Shown piece by piece: positions 33,964 to 44,250 of a stretch of 64,000 bases of DNA. Made by a program: the position numbers and the translations under genes. Below the pieces are notes generated by a model. The model worked only from the letters and a program-made list of their open reading frames with translations. It was not told where the DNA came from and searched no databases. The stretch's first letter is position 1. Each line of letters opens with the position of its first letter. The DNA comes from Azolla caroliniana (lineage: Eukaryota; Plantae; Polypodiophyta), in NCBI GenBank assembly GCA_043228905.1, contig JBHGNT010000001.1:23436001-23500000 (forward strand), in the 5' to 3' direction.

Positions 33964-36720
33964 TCATTGCGCCACTGGTTTCGCGTCCTTGCCTAAGTGG
34001 ATCTGATGTTGATATAATTGAGGGTCCAGCCCTCGCATGTCCTCGTATGACCAGGCGAATACGTCGCGAAACTCCGTGAGAAGTTTGATCATCGCCACTT
34101 TATCTTCCGGCTTCATTTCTTTGGCGATGTGAACCGGCTTTGATTCGTCCTTGCTTCCTAGGTTCACTTCGTCGAGCTGGGATGTTTTTACCCGTTGGGA
34201 AACGGCCATTTCCCGTTCCAATGCTTCCTGTGCTTGCCGTAATTCCCGAATCGCATCTTTGTCTGGTTCGGCTTCGGTGTTGTCCCGCTGCGGCAAGTAT
34301 GGCGCTACGGCTTCAGCTACGTCAATCTCGAAGAGTGGTACGATCTTCGGGTGTTCCTCCAAGTACTGGGCTTCTTCGTCGTCTGCCAATCCTTCAAGCA
34401 TGTTCACACATTCCGCATACAGCGGTGTGCATTCCTTACCGTTGCTCGTCCGTGGTTGTGTCGGTACCCGGACCTTGGCTTTTCCGCGCCGGAAGGTAAT
34501 CATATTTTTTCGCCAATTTTGCTTGATGTGTGCTGTTTTCAACCATGGTCTGCCCAGCAATAGTGGGTACGCGCCTTGCGCCTGTAGCTGCAGCACGACA
34601 ACCGAGATGTGAAATGTGTGGCCTCCTATGGTGACTTCCAATTTCCGTATTAAGCCCGTCGGCCGTACCGAGCTCGTATCCGCCATCCGTAGCCAGAACG
34701 GGCATGGCTCCCATTCATGTATACCCAAGGCATCACACGTACGGAGACTTATTACGTTCACCCCGGAACCTCCATCGATTACGGTGCCGGGAAGTTCGTG
34801 CCCTTTGACAATAGCTGTAATCGCCGGACTACTAGTGTCCACCACCGTCGGTCCCTCCTCCGGATTCGAGAAAAGGACTGGTGCCGGTGGAGCTATACCG
34901 TCTGACATGACCGTTTTTAGTCCTTCTGTGAATCGCGGCACGAGCTGCAAGAGTCTTCCTAATGGTAACGTGATCTGACATTCTTGTAGTGCTTGCCATG
35001 TCTCGTTTTCTGGGTGGCTACCGCCGGCACTCCCTATGGTCTTCGCCTTTTGCCGTTCCGCGTCCGCGACGTTCTTTTCATTGGCTTCCTTCACCCATTC
35101 CGTCGCCTGCTTTCGTATGGCCTCTTGTGTTTCCCACTCTTTGGCCATGCCTTTTGACCGTGTGGTTACTTGCTGTACATCCGTTACTTCCGGAACCACC
35201 ATATTAACTGCTGGTCGTTTCTCGTAGCTCTTTACTGGGCACTGGTTACTGTAGTGGCCTTCCTGCCTGCAGTAGTAGCAGTACTCTTTACGGGTATTGC
35301 TGGATTCAGCATTGCTGGTAGCCGGAGTCGGTCCCGTAGCGAGTGGTGCGTTCTGTGCCGGTTGGCTCCTTGGGGTTCCATGTTCCGGGTCCCTAGGGTG
35401 ACCACCTTTCTTGAAATTACGTTTCTTATTATTCTTATTTTTATTTCGGTAGTCCGGTCGTGGTGGATCGTAAAATCGGCCGTAGTCCTCCTGGTGCCTT
35501 CGGTAACCAGGGGAATGGTCTCTGTCGTATTGCTCGTGTCGCCTGTTGGGCTCTCGATAACGGTCCGATCGCTCATACCGGTCGTAGTTATCACGCCGAT
35601 TCCCGTACCGGCCATCATTCTCTTGCCTGTCTCCGTACCGGACATCCTGAGCCGGTCGGTACCGGTTCATTTTTTGCCAACGATCTTCATCTTCGTCTTG
35701 GCTGCTTCTTGGCTCGATCCGTCGGACGGGTGGTGCTTGTCGGTTTAACAGGTTATACTCACACCGGTCCGTTGTATGACTCTTGGATTGACAAATCACA
35801 CACTGAGTGCGCATGGTGCACTCTACTGCCGAGTGTCCGGCATTCAAGCAGATTGTGCATTGAATTGCCTGCCGGAACCGGAGATCTTCCTCGGTGGGTA
35901 ACGCCCGTTGCAGTGTTCCCAGCGTAAGCCATGAGCTTGTCTTTTCCATTTCTCTGACCCGGTCAATGACCTGATCGATGGTGCATCCTCGAAAGTCAAT
36001 CACCGTACAAACCGTGCGTAACGGTTCCCGTAGTGCGTTTAAAAATATCGTCCGTAATTCCTCCTCCGGGGGTGCACGGGCAAGCTGGCTATGCATCCGT
36101 TGGAAACGGATGACGAATTGGGGAATGCTTTCCCCTGCCTCCTGCCGGATCGTATAAAACAGGCCCACCATTGTCGTCTGGTCGACCTCCTTGTGGAAAA
36201 AATGCAAGAATTTTGCTTTTAATTCTGCAAAGGTTGTGATGGTCGCCGGGTCCTGCGACCGCCGCCATCGTGTCGCTGATCCCTCCAACGTGACTCCGAA
36301 TTCCGCTATCTTCGAGCGTTCTTCTTCCTCCGGTGTCATTCGCTGGGATGTGTGATTTGCTTCCCATGTCTGCTCGAAGTCATCCACATGCGCTTCCGCA
36401 TCCGGATCATCGCGGTACTTTGAGTATTGGAACGGCATGTCGTCGTCCAGTATTAAGCCGCGGTTTAGTGGCGTTTGTTGATATTTTTCCGGTTCTTTCT
36501 CCGGTCCCACTTCCGGTTCTTTTGCCGGTCCTTTTTCCGGTTCTTTTTCCGGCTCTTCTTCCGGTACCTTTGCCGGCTCTTTCGTTGGTGTTGGTGGCTT
36601 TGCTTCTTCCACTTCCGGTGTTGGTGGGTTGACGGCTTCCGTTTGCGGTTCCGGATAGCCCTGGTTGAGCGGTTCCGGTTCTGGAGTCGGCACGGTATCC
36701 CATCGTGGTCGCCAAAACTG
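33964..36720 (-). CDS. gag: D gag-protease; in frame with pol, separated by one TGA
   Basis: Three CCHC knuckles, VIDGGSGVN; B reads QRRY at the equivalent site, so the stop is probably CGA>TGA. Confidence 0.92.
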   Translation of the reverse strand, partial: QFWRPRWDTVPTPEPEPLNQGYPEPQTEAVNPPTPEVEEAKPPTPTKEPAKVPEEEPEKEPEKGPAKEPEVGPEKEPEKYQQTPLNRGLILDDDMPFQYSKYRDDPDAEAHVDDFEQTWEANHTSQRMTPEEEERSKIAEFGVTLEGSATRWRRSQDPATITTFAELKAKFLHFFHKEVDQTTMVGLFYTIRQEAGESIPQFVIRFQRMHSQLARAPPEEELRTIFLNALREPLRTVCTVIDFRGCTIDQVIDRVREMEKTSSWLTLGTLQRALPTEEDLRFRQAIQCTICLNAGHSAVECTMRTQCVICQSKSHTTDRCEYNLLNRQAPPVRRIEPRSSQDEDEDRWQKMNRYRPAQDVRYGDRQENDGRYGNRRDNYDRYERSDRYREPNRRHEQYDRDHSPGYRRHQEDYGRFYDPPRPDYRNKNKNNKKRNFKKGGHPRDPEHGTPRSQPAQNAPLATGPTPATSNAESSNTRKEYCYYCRQEGHYSNQCPVKSYEKRPAVNMVVPEVTDVQQVTTRSKGMAKEWETQEAIRKQATEWVKEANEKNVADAERQKAKTIGSAGGSHPENETWQALQECQITLPLGRLLQLVPRFTEGLKTVMSDGIAPPAPVLFSNPEEGPTVVDTSSPAITAIVKGHELPGTVIDGGSGVNVISLRTCDALGIHEWEPCPFWLRMADTSSVRPTGLIRKLEVTIGGHTFHISVVVLQLQAQGAYPLLLGRPWLKTAHIKQNWRKNMITFRRGKAKVRVPTQPRTSNGKECTPLYAECVNMLEGLADDEEAQYLEEHPKIVPLFEIDVAEAVAPYLPQRDNTEAEPDKDAIRELRQAQEALEREMAVSQRVKTSQLDEVNLGSKDESKPVHIAKEMKPEDKVAMIKLLTEFRDVFAWSYEDMRGLDPQLYQHQIHLGKDAKPVAQ
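36698..36714 (-). promoter_or_regulatory. 5' PBS of D (tRNA-Arg-like); coordinates approximate to a base or two
   Basis: TGGCGACCACGATGGGA ~6 nt after the 5' LTR; resembles the complement of a plant tRNA-Arg 3' end (recalled). Confidence 0.75.
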
Positions 36721-36941
36721 TGTTATTCGCTTAGCCGGACAAGGCCTAACACAAGGTGTCACGGAGACACTTCACCAAAGGGTGATTACGGCATAGGATT
36801 AAGATTCAACGATTACACCGACTTACGTAGGTTACACGATTAGAATGCTTCGGTTAATTACACGCGTAAGATATAACAGTGATTACAGAACGGAAATCAA
36901 GACAGAAGTAAAAACATCATAATCTCTATTAATTATCCGTC
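36721..36941 (-). repeat. Truncated 5' LTR of D
   Basis: Matches only 27665-27885; U3/TATA part missing. Confidence 0.9.
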
Positions 36942-36942
36942 G

Positions 36943-37049
36943 CTTCGGGAGAAGGTAGAAGATCAAGACTTCGTGTTGATGAAGATCCACGCGAAGGAGA
37001 ACGGATCGGATATGCTAACCAAGGTGCTTTGAACCGACAATTTGGATGC
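36943..37049 (+). pseudogene. pol: End of copia RNase H
   Basis: Translates as LREKVEDQDFVLMKIHAKENGSDMLTKVL. Confidence 0.85.
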
Positions 37050-37273
37050 TATTGTGTTGTTATGCTCACGCAGAGGAAATAAGGCGAGGTTGCGGGGGCC
37101 GTGAACCAAGGAACGTGAGAGAGAGAGAGAGAAAGAGAGAGACTTGTAGAAACACAGAGAGACAGAAAATGAAAGAATCGAATCCAATAACAATATAGAT
37201 TACAGCCTGCAATATTACCACCGGCAAGCCGGTGATAAACTTGACACAGACAAACGCAGGCCCTGAAATACGT
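37050..37273 (-). repeat. Partial LTR related to the A LTR, interrupted by E'
   Basis: GTGTTGTTATGCTC...GGGGGCCGTGAACCAAGG resembles 24964-25030. Confidence 0.7.
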
Positions 37274-39193
37274 TGTCGTGAAGAAAACCGCCCACAAGAG
37301 GAATCGGAGGAACAAGGCGTGGGAAACGGCTCTACACACACACGCGCGCCAAGAAGTACCTAAGGTCGAAGTAGGTACATACGAGGATCCTAGGTGGGTA
37401 GATTCGGTTGGTATGCAGTTAAAGCCAAACGGCCTCTTGACGGGCTATAAAAGGAGGAGGAAGACTAGAAGTGGGGTATCTTGCACGGAGAGGACGAAGT
37501 GCTGCCGAACCGATTTCGGAGCTTCTCTCTCACTCCTGCCTTCTCTGTCTTCTGCTCCATCGCGTACCTGTGCAGGTTTCGAGGAGGCTTGCGCTGTTCC
37601 GTGGAACGCCCCGAGCGCGTCCTGCAGCACCTCCGACCTGTTTTCCCTTTCTGTGCGTCGCGACATACAGGGGTCGGCATCTGTTCGCCGCCCTGTTCGT
37701 TTTCGTTAGTATCTATTTCGTGCCCCACCGTGGGTTGTAATACTTTAGTCTGTTATTTTCTTGCATTCATAAGTACATATCTTTCGTTGTTGCGTCCATC
37801 TGCGTCGGCGTTTATTTGTGATCTCTGTTTGTTGGGCCGTGTCCCTATGCAATCTTCGGTTCTGTGTAATCGGGTCTCTCTCTCTTACTCCTCTCTCTCT
37901 TGCTCTTCGGTCCAAGACCCCCGTGGTCCCTCCTCCTTTCTGCACGCAAGGGCGTAGCAAACCCCACATCTTGGTGAACCCGACGTGAAAGAGGCGGCAG
38001 AAGAGTAGGAAATGAAGGGGGCGGATCTTGCAGAGGCCATGGCTTCGGCCGTGGATCGGATAGTAAGCGCGCGCGAGGGCACCGGCGCCCTCGATAGAGC
38101 TATTGAGGCGGTCGTCGGAACGATCGGTCGATTCACCGGAAAAGATGCCACGAAGTACCTGGCGTCCTACGGTGCGGAAATGTTAATGCGGGACATTCCG
38201 GAAGACAGGCGTCTTGCCGGTTTTCCCCGAGTGGCGATGCCGAGCATCCACGCGGAGGTGCTCGAGGTGCGGGCGGAGAGCCGTACCTGGGAGGAGTTCG
38301 AAGGTCGGCTCCTGGAAAAATACGGACTGGACGACGCGCTCCGGCTTTCGAAGCGAAGCTTCATGGAGTGGGTGGAGTCTCCCGGGAAAGGAAGGAATGC
38401 GTCGGCACTCCTCCGGGAGTTCGAGGAGAACTTCGCGCGCCTTTCGGCGCTTGACAGGATGGTCCTGGATACAAGCCGGGTCCTGCTGTTCGTCAAATCG
38501 GTTGACGAGAGGGATCGGAGTCACGTGGGCGCCCTGCTAGAAACCGAAGACGGGCTGACAGCCGACTGGGCGGCGGTCAAGAGAGCCTGCGGCCGTTTCG
38601 ACAAACGGCGAGAATGGGAGGATGACAGAGCAACCGGGTCGGGCTCAGTCGCGGCGAGGATACTCGAGCCGGCGCAGCCGGTGCGAAGGGAAGAGACTCG
38701 GGAGTGGCTGGAATCCGGTTCAGCTCCGACCGGCGTGATCAGAGGCACGACTGGAGGAGCTGCGTTGGAGGAACTGACGAGGGCGATAAAAGACCTCCAA
38801 ATCGCACAAGCCCGCAGAGAAGGCGGAGGACCTGCTCGTGACCGACGGCCGGCGGCGGGGAACAGGTGCATGTGGTGCGACGGGGTCGGCCACATCCGAA
38901 AAGACTGCGGCGATTTCGCAGAGGCGCTGAAGAACCGGGTGGTATACCTATGGGAAGGCCGGGTTCACGCCAACGACACGAGAAGGGCCCTAAACCGAAA
39001 CGACGGGCGAGGCGGAATGAAGAGGTTGATGGAAGAGGCGGCGGCCCGACATGCGGAAACCGTCCACTACTCGGCGTCGGCCGGTATTCGAGTCGGGGGC
39101 AACGAGGCCCGAAGAGGAAGCAAAGCCGGATTCTGGCCGACGGTGCTGGAAGGCCTTGCCGATACGAGGATGAAGAGGGAGGAATCGGACCGT
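37274..39193 (+). mobile_element. Element E': LTR, Trp PBS and gag; interrupted by E
   Basis: LTR 37274-37968, PBS 37972-37989, gag from 38012 with CMWCDGVGHIRKDC. Confidence 0.92.
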
Positions 39194-39439
39194 TGTCGGG
39201 GTTACAACGCCCTTGCGTGTAGAAAGGAGGAGGGACCACGGGGGTCTCGAACCGAAGAGCAAGAGAGAGAGAAGAAAGAGAGAGAGACCCGATTACACAG
39301 AACCGAAGATCCGATTGCGCAGAACCGACGATTGCACAGGGACACGGCCCAACAAACAGAGATCCCAAATAAACGCCGACGCAGATGGACGCAACAACGA
39401 GAGATATGTACTTATGAATGCAAGAAAATAACAGACTAA
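38012..39439 (+). CDS. gag: E' gag, truncated at 39193 and reading into the antisense E LTR
   Basis: Homologous to A and F gag; last ~80 aa derive from LTR. Confidence 0.85.
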   Translation: MKGADLAEAMASAVDRIVSAREGTGALDRAIEAVVGTIGRFTGKDATKYLASYGAEMLMRDIPEDRRLAGFPRVAMPSIHAEVLEVRAESRTWEEFEGRLLEKYGLDDALRLSKRSFMEWVESPGKGRNASALLREFEENFARLSALDRMVLDTSRVLLFVKSVDERDRSHVGALLETEDGLTADWAAVKRACGRFDKRREWEDDRATGSGSVAARILEPAQPVRREETREWLESGSAPTGVIRGTTGGAALEELTRAIKDLQIAQARREGGGPARDRRPAAGNRCMWCDGVGHIRKDCGDFAEALKNRVVYLWEGRVHANDTRRALNRNDGRGGMKRLMEEAAARHAETVHYSASAGIRVGGNEARRGSKAGFWPTVLEGLADTRMKREESDRCRGYNALACRKEEGPRGSRTEEQEREKKERETRLHRTEDPIAQNRRLHRDTAQQTEIPNKRRRRWTQQREICTYECKKITD

Positions 39440-39982
39440 AGTATTACAACCCACGGTGGGGCACAAAATAGATACTAACGAAAACGAACAGGGCGGCGAA
39501 CAGCTGCCGACCCCTGTATGTCGCGACGCACAGAAAGGGAAAACAGGTCGGAGGTGCTGCAGGACGCACTCGGGGCGTTCCACGGAACAGCGCAAGCCTC
39601 CTCGAAACCAGCACAGGTACGCGATGGAGCAGAAGACAGAGAGAGCAGGAGTGAGAGAGAAGCTCCGAAATCGGTTCGGCAGCACTTCGTCCTCTCCGCG
39701 GGAGATGATCGACTTCTATTCTTCCTCTTCCTTTTATAGCCCGTCAAGAGGCCGTTTGGCATTAACTGCATACCAACCGAATCTACCCACCTAGGATCCT
39801 CGTATGTACCTACTTCGTCCTTAGGTACTTCTTGGCGCGCGTGTGTGTGTAGAGCCGTTTCCCACGCCTTGTTCCTCCGATTCCTCTTGTGGGCGGTTTT
39901 CTTCACGACATCCGCCCCCACCTAACCGCGCATCCACCGGCATGCGCCAAATTAAGTTGGCACGGAGAAAACCGGCCCGCCT

Positions 39983-42900
39983 CTACTCTTCGCCTGCCGG
40001 CCCTTCCTCGGCCTCGGATCGGTCGTCGCTGCTGTCCAGGAGAATCGGGTCGGGTTCGTCGTCGTGCCGCTTCTTGAAAGCTTTGATCCTCTTCCCGGCC
40101 ACGGGTATCGCTATTCTCGTACCGTCGAGCTCCGCCAGATGATACGTCCCGTTGTCGTTGGCGCTCTGTACCGTGTACGGCCCGAACCATCTCCGTGCGA
40201 ACTTCCGCGTTGCTCGGTGCTGGTTGTCGAGGCTGCTGTCGTAGACGAGCACCCAGTCACCTTCGTCGATTTTCTTCGGTCGTACCCGGTGCGTTCGGTC
40301 GAACCGGGCTTTGTTCTTTGTCCTCGCCACCCGGAGCTTCTCCGTAGCCAGTGCCACGTCCTCCGGTCTCCGCTCGAGCTGTCGTATACGTGCGGCCAAC
40401 AACTCCTCCCGGCTCATCTCGTCCCTCCAGTCGACCGTTGCCCACGAGGAGATCGTCCGTTCAATCGGCATGATCGGCTTCTGGCCGAACATGAGCTCCG
40501 TCGGCATGTACCCGGTTACCGAACTGTGCGTGGTCCGGTCTGCCCACAAAGCATAAGGTAGAAGTCGCGGCCAGTTACCGACTTGGCCTCCGCATGCCCG
40601 AACCAGCGCCTTGACGATCGGCCCGTGTCCGCGCTCCACCTTTCCATTCGCCTCCGGGTTGTACGCAGTGGTGAGCGAGAGTTTGACTCCCAGCCGATCG
40701 AACAGCTCCGCGCCTTCCTCGGCGTCCAACTCCCCTCGGTCAGCCACGATCTTCCCGACGCACCCGTACCGGCATATCACGTCCTCGATCAGGAACCGAC
40801 ACACGGCCGCGGTCGTCTTGTTCTGAAGGGCTCGGCCTTCCACCTGGTTCGTCAGGTCTTCCCGCGCTAGGACCAGATACCGCATCTGTCCTACCCCCAT
40901 CGGCATCGTCACCAGATCTACCATCCATTTGAAGTGGATAGTCGGAGGGTACGTAGGGTGAAGCCCGTCCCGGTGTCGGACTATCGAGTGCATCTGACAA
41001 CTCTCGCAAGTTGACACGAACCGATGCACGTCCCGGTACAATCCCGGCCACCAGTACTTCCCCTTCAGCTTCTCAAACGTCGCCCACGTTCCACGGTGTC
41101 CAGCCCAAGGGCTGTCGTGGTAGGCCGCCAGTAGCTCCTCCTGTTCTTCCTTCATCGCCACCACCCGGAGCGGGACGCCGTTCCTCTTCTTCGGGTGCTT
41201 CCACAAATGCCCATCTCGGAGAAGGAATCGATATGCTTTCTTCCGGATCCGGTTGGCCTCGTCCTTCGTCCATGACGCATCGGGCGTCATTGTCTTCAAA
41301 AACCCGCCGATCTGCAGCCACTCCCCGTCGTACTTGCTCGCGTCGAACTCGTTAAGCGCCGGAGTGCTCATCCCGTCGGTCGTTATGTATGCCGCCTCGA
41401 AGAAATCCACGCCGACTTCTTCGTCTTCCGAAACCATGCCGCCCTCGTCGTCGAACCTCGCCCTCGAAAGCATGTCGGCCATGGCGTTGTCTTTCCCGGA
41501 AATGTGTCGTATTTCCGGGTCCAGGGACTTGATGTACGCTATCCACCTGAGCATCGCCAGGTCCGGAGTCGCGCATCCGGAAACCATACCGAGAATCGGC
41601 AGGCAATCCGTCTCGATGATCACTTCCGTCCCTATCAGGTAGTCTTTGTCGGCCTTAACCGCCGAAACAATACCCCAGAGTTCGCGTTTAACCTGGGCGT
41701 ATCCTCGCTGCCGTTCACTGAGGACTTTCGCGCCGAATCGGATCGGAAACCGATTGCCGTCCTCGTCTTCCTGGTTCACGACCCATCCGATCCCGGTCGG
41801 ACTGGTATCCACCGTTATGAATACCGGGGTACCCTTCCCGTATACCGCCTTCCGGAGTGCCGGTGCCGCTGCAAGGGCCTCTTTCAGCTTCCGGACCGAT
41901 GCCGCGTGCTCGTCTAGCCATTCGAACCTTCGCCCCTTTTTCAGCAACCCGTACAGTGGCTCCGCGAGGTGTGCGTAATGCGGGATCCATATGTGGTAGA
42001 ACGCGCATGCCCCCAGGAATCTCCGTACTTCCGTGACCGAGCTGCAGTCGGGCTTCATCGCGGAGATGGCTTCTACCTTTGCCGGAGACGGTTTCCGGCC
42101 ATATGGTCCGCACAGGTGTCCGACCACCATGATTTCTGACTGCCCGAAGGCCGACTTCTCCCCGGAGAAGGTGAGTCTCGCATCCTCTAGCCTTTGCAGC
42201 ACCTTCTCGCAGTTGTCGATGTGCGTCGCCACGAATCGCCGGCATCCGTCCGGCCCGATCGTCTCGTCCTTTTCTTCCACCAGGCATCCCTTGATCGGGA
42301 TGTCGTCCAGAAACGGCATGGTGATGTCCGGGATACAGTCCCTCAGAACCTTGTTCACCGCATTCACCATGTGGGCCACCGAGTTGGTCCCTCCTTGCGG
42401 CAGTGTACACATCCGAACTAGGCCGAGGGGAGTTCGCATCGTCGTAATGTCTCTGCTCTCCACGGCTAGCTGGAACTGGTCGTACCCTGAGTATAGATCC
42501 CCGACCGAGTAAATTGACCTTCCGGCGAAGGCCTCCGCGAACTCGTCTATGGTCGGTCCGATCCCTGCGTTCCGAATGGTCACTCGATTGACCGGCTGCA
42601 GGTCCTGGATGAAGCGCAACGAACCGTTTTTCTTCGGTACGGTAAACCATCGATTCGAATATGGGGCGCTCGACGGCTCGAGAATTCCCATATCAACTTT
42701 CTGCCTCAGCAGCTCCATCAACTTCGGGATGTGAGCTCTCGGAACCGGGATTGGCTTGAGATTCCATGGTACATGCGGTACCGTGAATATCACCATCGGC
42801 TCCACGATCGTCGGGTCAACGCACCCGATTTCCTCCGGCGAGAATGCGAAGGCTTTCCCGTGCCTTCCGAGCATTCTCCGAAACCGGTCTTCCTCCGCCG

Positions 42901-43366
42901 GCAGTAGGAACCCGCCCCCACCGATTTTGAGCTCTCGGAGCGTCTCGTCGGTGAAGGTGTGTCCTATGCAGGCCGGATCTCGTAGACTAGGGTCCGATGC
43001 AACCCCTTTGATTCTCGACGCGCTGTCCTCCGGTAAGGGTGCCGCGACTGGCCTTACCTTCCGGTCCACAGTCTTGTACTTGGTGCTTACGTGGGCCGTC
43101 CGAACCGACTCGAGCCCTCGACCGAAGTCCGCGATGACTTCGTACATCTCCTCGGAACACACCGGTATCGTCCGGTCTTCGTTAAGGCCTTCTTCGACTA
43201 CCTTTCCCAGCATTCCCAAGGTGTCGTCGAATGAGACCGCCTCCACGGCTCCGTTGATTTCCTCGTCAGGGCCGAGAACTCCGCACGCTCGAAGTCTCCC
43301 CTCCGCCTTTGTCTTCTCTCGGCCGCCGATGCCGGCTATCGTACACGCTCCGCTGCCGGAGAACAA
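39983..43366 (-). CDS. pol: E pol (RT-RH-INT), no chromodomain
   Basis: 1127-aa open frame; FLDD, VDTSPTG, HHCC, WMVDL, GPY. Confidence 0.95.
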   Translation of the reverse strand: MFSGSGACTIAGIGGREKTKAEGRLRACGVLGPDEEINGAVEAVSFDDTLGMLGKVVEEGLNEDRTIPVCSEEMYEVIADFGRGLESVRTAHVSTKYKTVDRKVRPVAAPLPEDSASRIKGVASDPSLRDPACIGHTFTDETLRELKIGGGGFLLPAEEDRFRRMLGRHGKAFAFSPEEIGCVDPTIVEPMVIFTVPHVPWNLKPIPVPRAHIPKLMELLRQKVDMGILEPSSAPYSNRWFTVPKKNGSLRFIQDLQPVNRVTIRNAGIGPTIDEFAEAFAGRSIYSVGDLYSGYDQFQLAVESRDITTMRTPLGLVRMCTLPQGGTNSVAHMVNAVNKVLRDCIPDITMPFLDDIPIKGCLVEEKDETIGPDGCRRFVATHIDNCEKVLQRLEDARLTFSGEKSAFGQSEIMVVGHLCGPYGRKPSPAKVEAISAMKPDCSSVTEVRRFLGACAFYHIWIPHYAHLAEPLYGLLKKGRRFEWLDEHAASVRKLKEALAAAPALRKAVYGKGTPVFITVDTSPTGIGWVVNQEDEDGNRFPIRFGAKVLSERQRGYAQVKRELWGIVSAVKADKDYLIGTEVIIETDCLPILGMVSGCATPDLAMLRWIAYIKSLDPEIRHISGKDNAMADMLSRARFDDEGGMVSEDEEVGVDFFEAAYITTDGMSTPALNEFDASKYDGEWLQIGGFLKTMTPDASWTKDEANRIRKKAYRFLLRDGHLWKHPKKRNGVPLRVVAMKEEQEELLAAYHDSPWAGHRGTWATFEKLKGKYWWPGLYRDVHRFVSTCESCQMHSIVRHRDGLHPTYPPTIHFKWMVDLVTMPMGVGQMRYLVLAREDLTNQVEGRALQNKTTAAVCRFLIEDVICRYGCVGKIVADRGELDAEEGAELFDRLGVKLSLTTAYNPEANGKVERGHGPIVKALVRACGGQVGNWPRLLPYALWADRTTHSSVTGYMPTELMFGQKPIMPIERTISSWATVDWRDEMSREELLAARIRQLERRPEDVALATEKLRVARTKNKARFDRTHRVRPKKIDEGDWVLVYDSSLDNQHRATRKFARRWFGPYTVQSANDNGTYHLAELDGTRIAIPVAGKRIKAFKKRHDDEPDPILLDSSDDRSEAEEGPAGEE

Positions 43367-43442
43367 AAATTCCCTACCTATGGTACAAGGTTTCTTCGGT
43401 TTTATCGTACAGGTGTGGGGTTTTCCCGATTGGCAGCCCTCT

Positions 43443-44150
43443 CTAAAAATCCTCTCGGTTATCGGAACCGAGGGAGTCGCGGTTACGCTCGTGGTTCGGC
43501 CTAACCGTCAAAAACTGGACCGAATGGCGCCCGTCCTGGCTCTTGACCCGCGCATAGGCCGAACCATTGTCCAGCACCTTGGTCTCCATTCGCGCCGCCG
43601 TGATGTACGGCTCTCCCAGTATGACCGGATGCGAGGACGTCTCCTGCACGAAGAAGTGCTGGTCAATCTCGACGTCGCCGATCTTGACTCGCACATTCGG
43701 ACAGGCCCCGTGCAGTTCCTCGGTGGCGCGCGTTGCTGCCCTTATTTTCCACCCGTGCTTGGTGTTGATCGGCCATTTGCCCTTCTTATAGAAGTCCATG
43801 GACATCAAATTGATCTCCGATCCGTGGTCTACCAAAGCTATCACCGGTTCCTGGACATCGCCGATCTTCACCGGGGTTTCCGTGGTCGCTCGGGCCCAGT
43901 GCGGTCTCGAATAGTGGCTTTCCGCCCACTAGTCTCCCAGCGCCATGTCGTCTAGGTGCGTCGTCCGTACTTCCACCGGTCTTTCCGGTTCTGTCTCCGT
44001 TGACAGCCTCTTCCGTTTCACCAAGTCCACGATGGAGTCGTGGAACTCCTTCTTGGCGATTCCCAGCACCTCCCGTAGCGACAGCTCCACCTTGCTGTCG
44101 AGGATCCGTTCCTCCAGGACCTTTCGTAAGTCCGTGGTTCTTTCTATCTA
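43443..44150 (-). CDS. gag: E gag-protease C-terminus
   Basis: IALVDHGSEINLM...VILGEPY. Confidence 0.9.
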
Positions 44151-44250
44151 NNNNNNNNNNNNNNNNNNNNNNNNNNNNNNNNNNNNNNNNNNNNNNNNNN
44201 NNNNNNNNNNNNNNNNNNNNNNNNNNNNNNNNNNNNNNNNNNNNNNNNNN
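44151..44250. other. Assembly gap (100 N)
   Basis: N run; sequences on the two sides are unrelated. Confidence 1.

Larger units (their letters stand above)
27665..36941 (-). mobile_element. Element D: near-intact Athila-like gypsy with a 998-aa extra ORF
   Basis: 3' LTR 27665-28084, truncated 5' LTR 36721-36941, PBS TGGCGACCACGATGGGA, gag-pol, ORF3; inserted in copia RNase H. Confidence 0.95.
39194..44150 (-). mobile_element. Element E (same family as E'); 5' part lost at the assembly gap
   Basis: 3' LTR 39194-39910, PPT 39911-39922, intact pol, gag-PR C-terminus. Confidence 0.93.

Noticed and set aside
33955-33966. Programmed stop readthrough between gag and pol of D
   Set aside because: B encodes Arg at this position, so a CGA>TGA mutation is the simpler explanation.
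42756-43955. Long antisense ORFs (399 aa here; also 51370..52197, 56521..57450, 41715..42650)
   Set aside because: Shadow frames of GC-rich transposon ORFs with no independent motifs.
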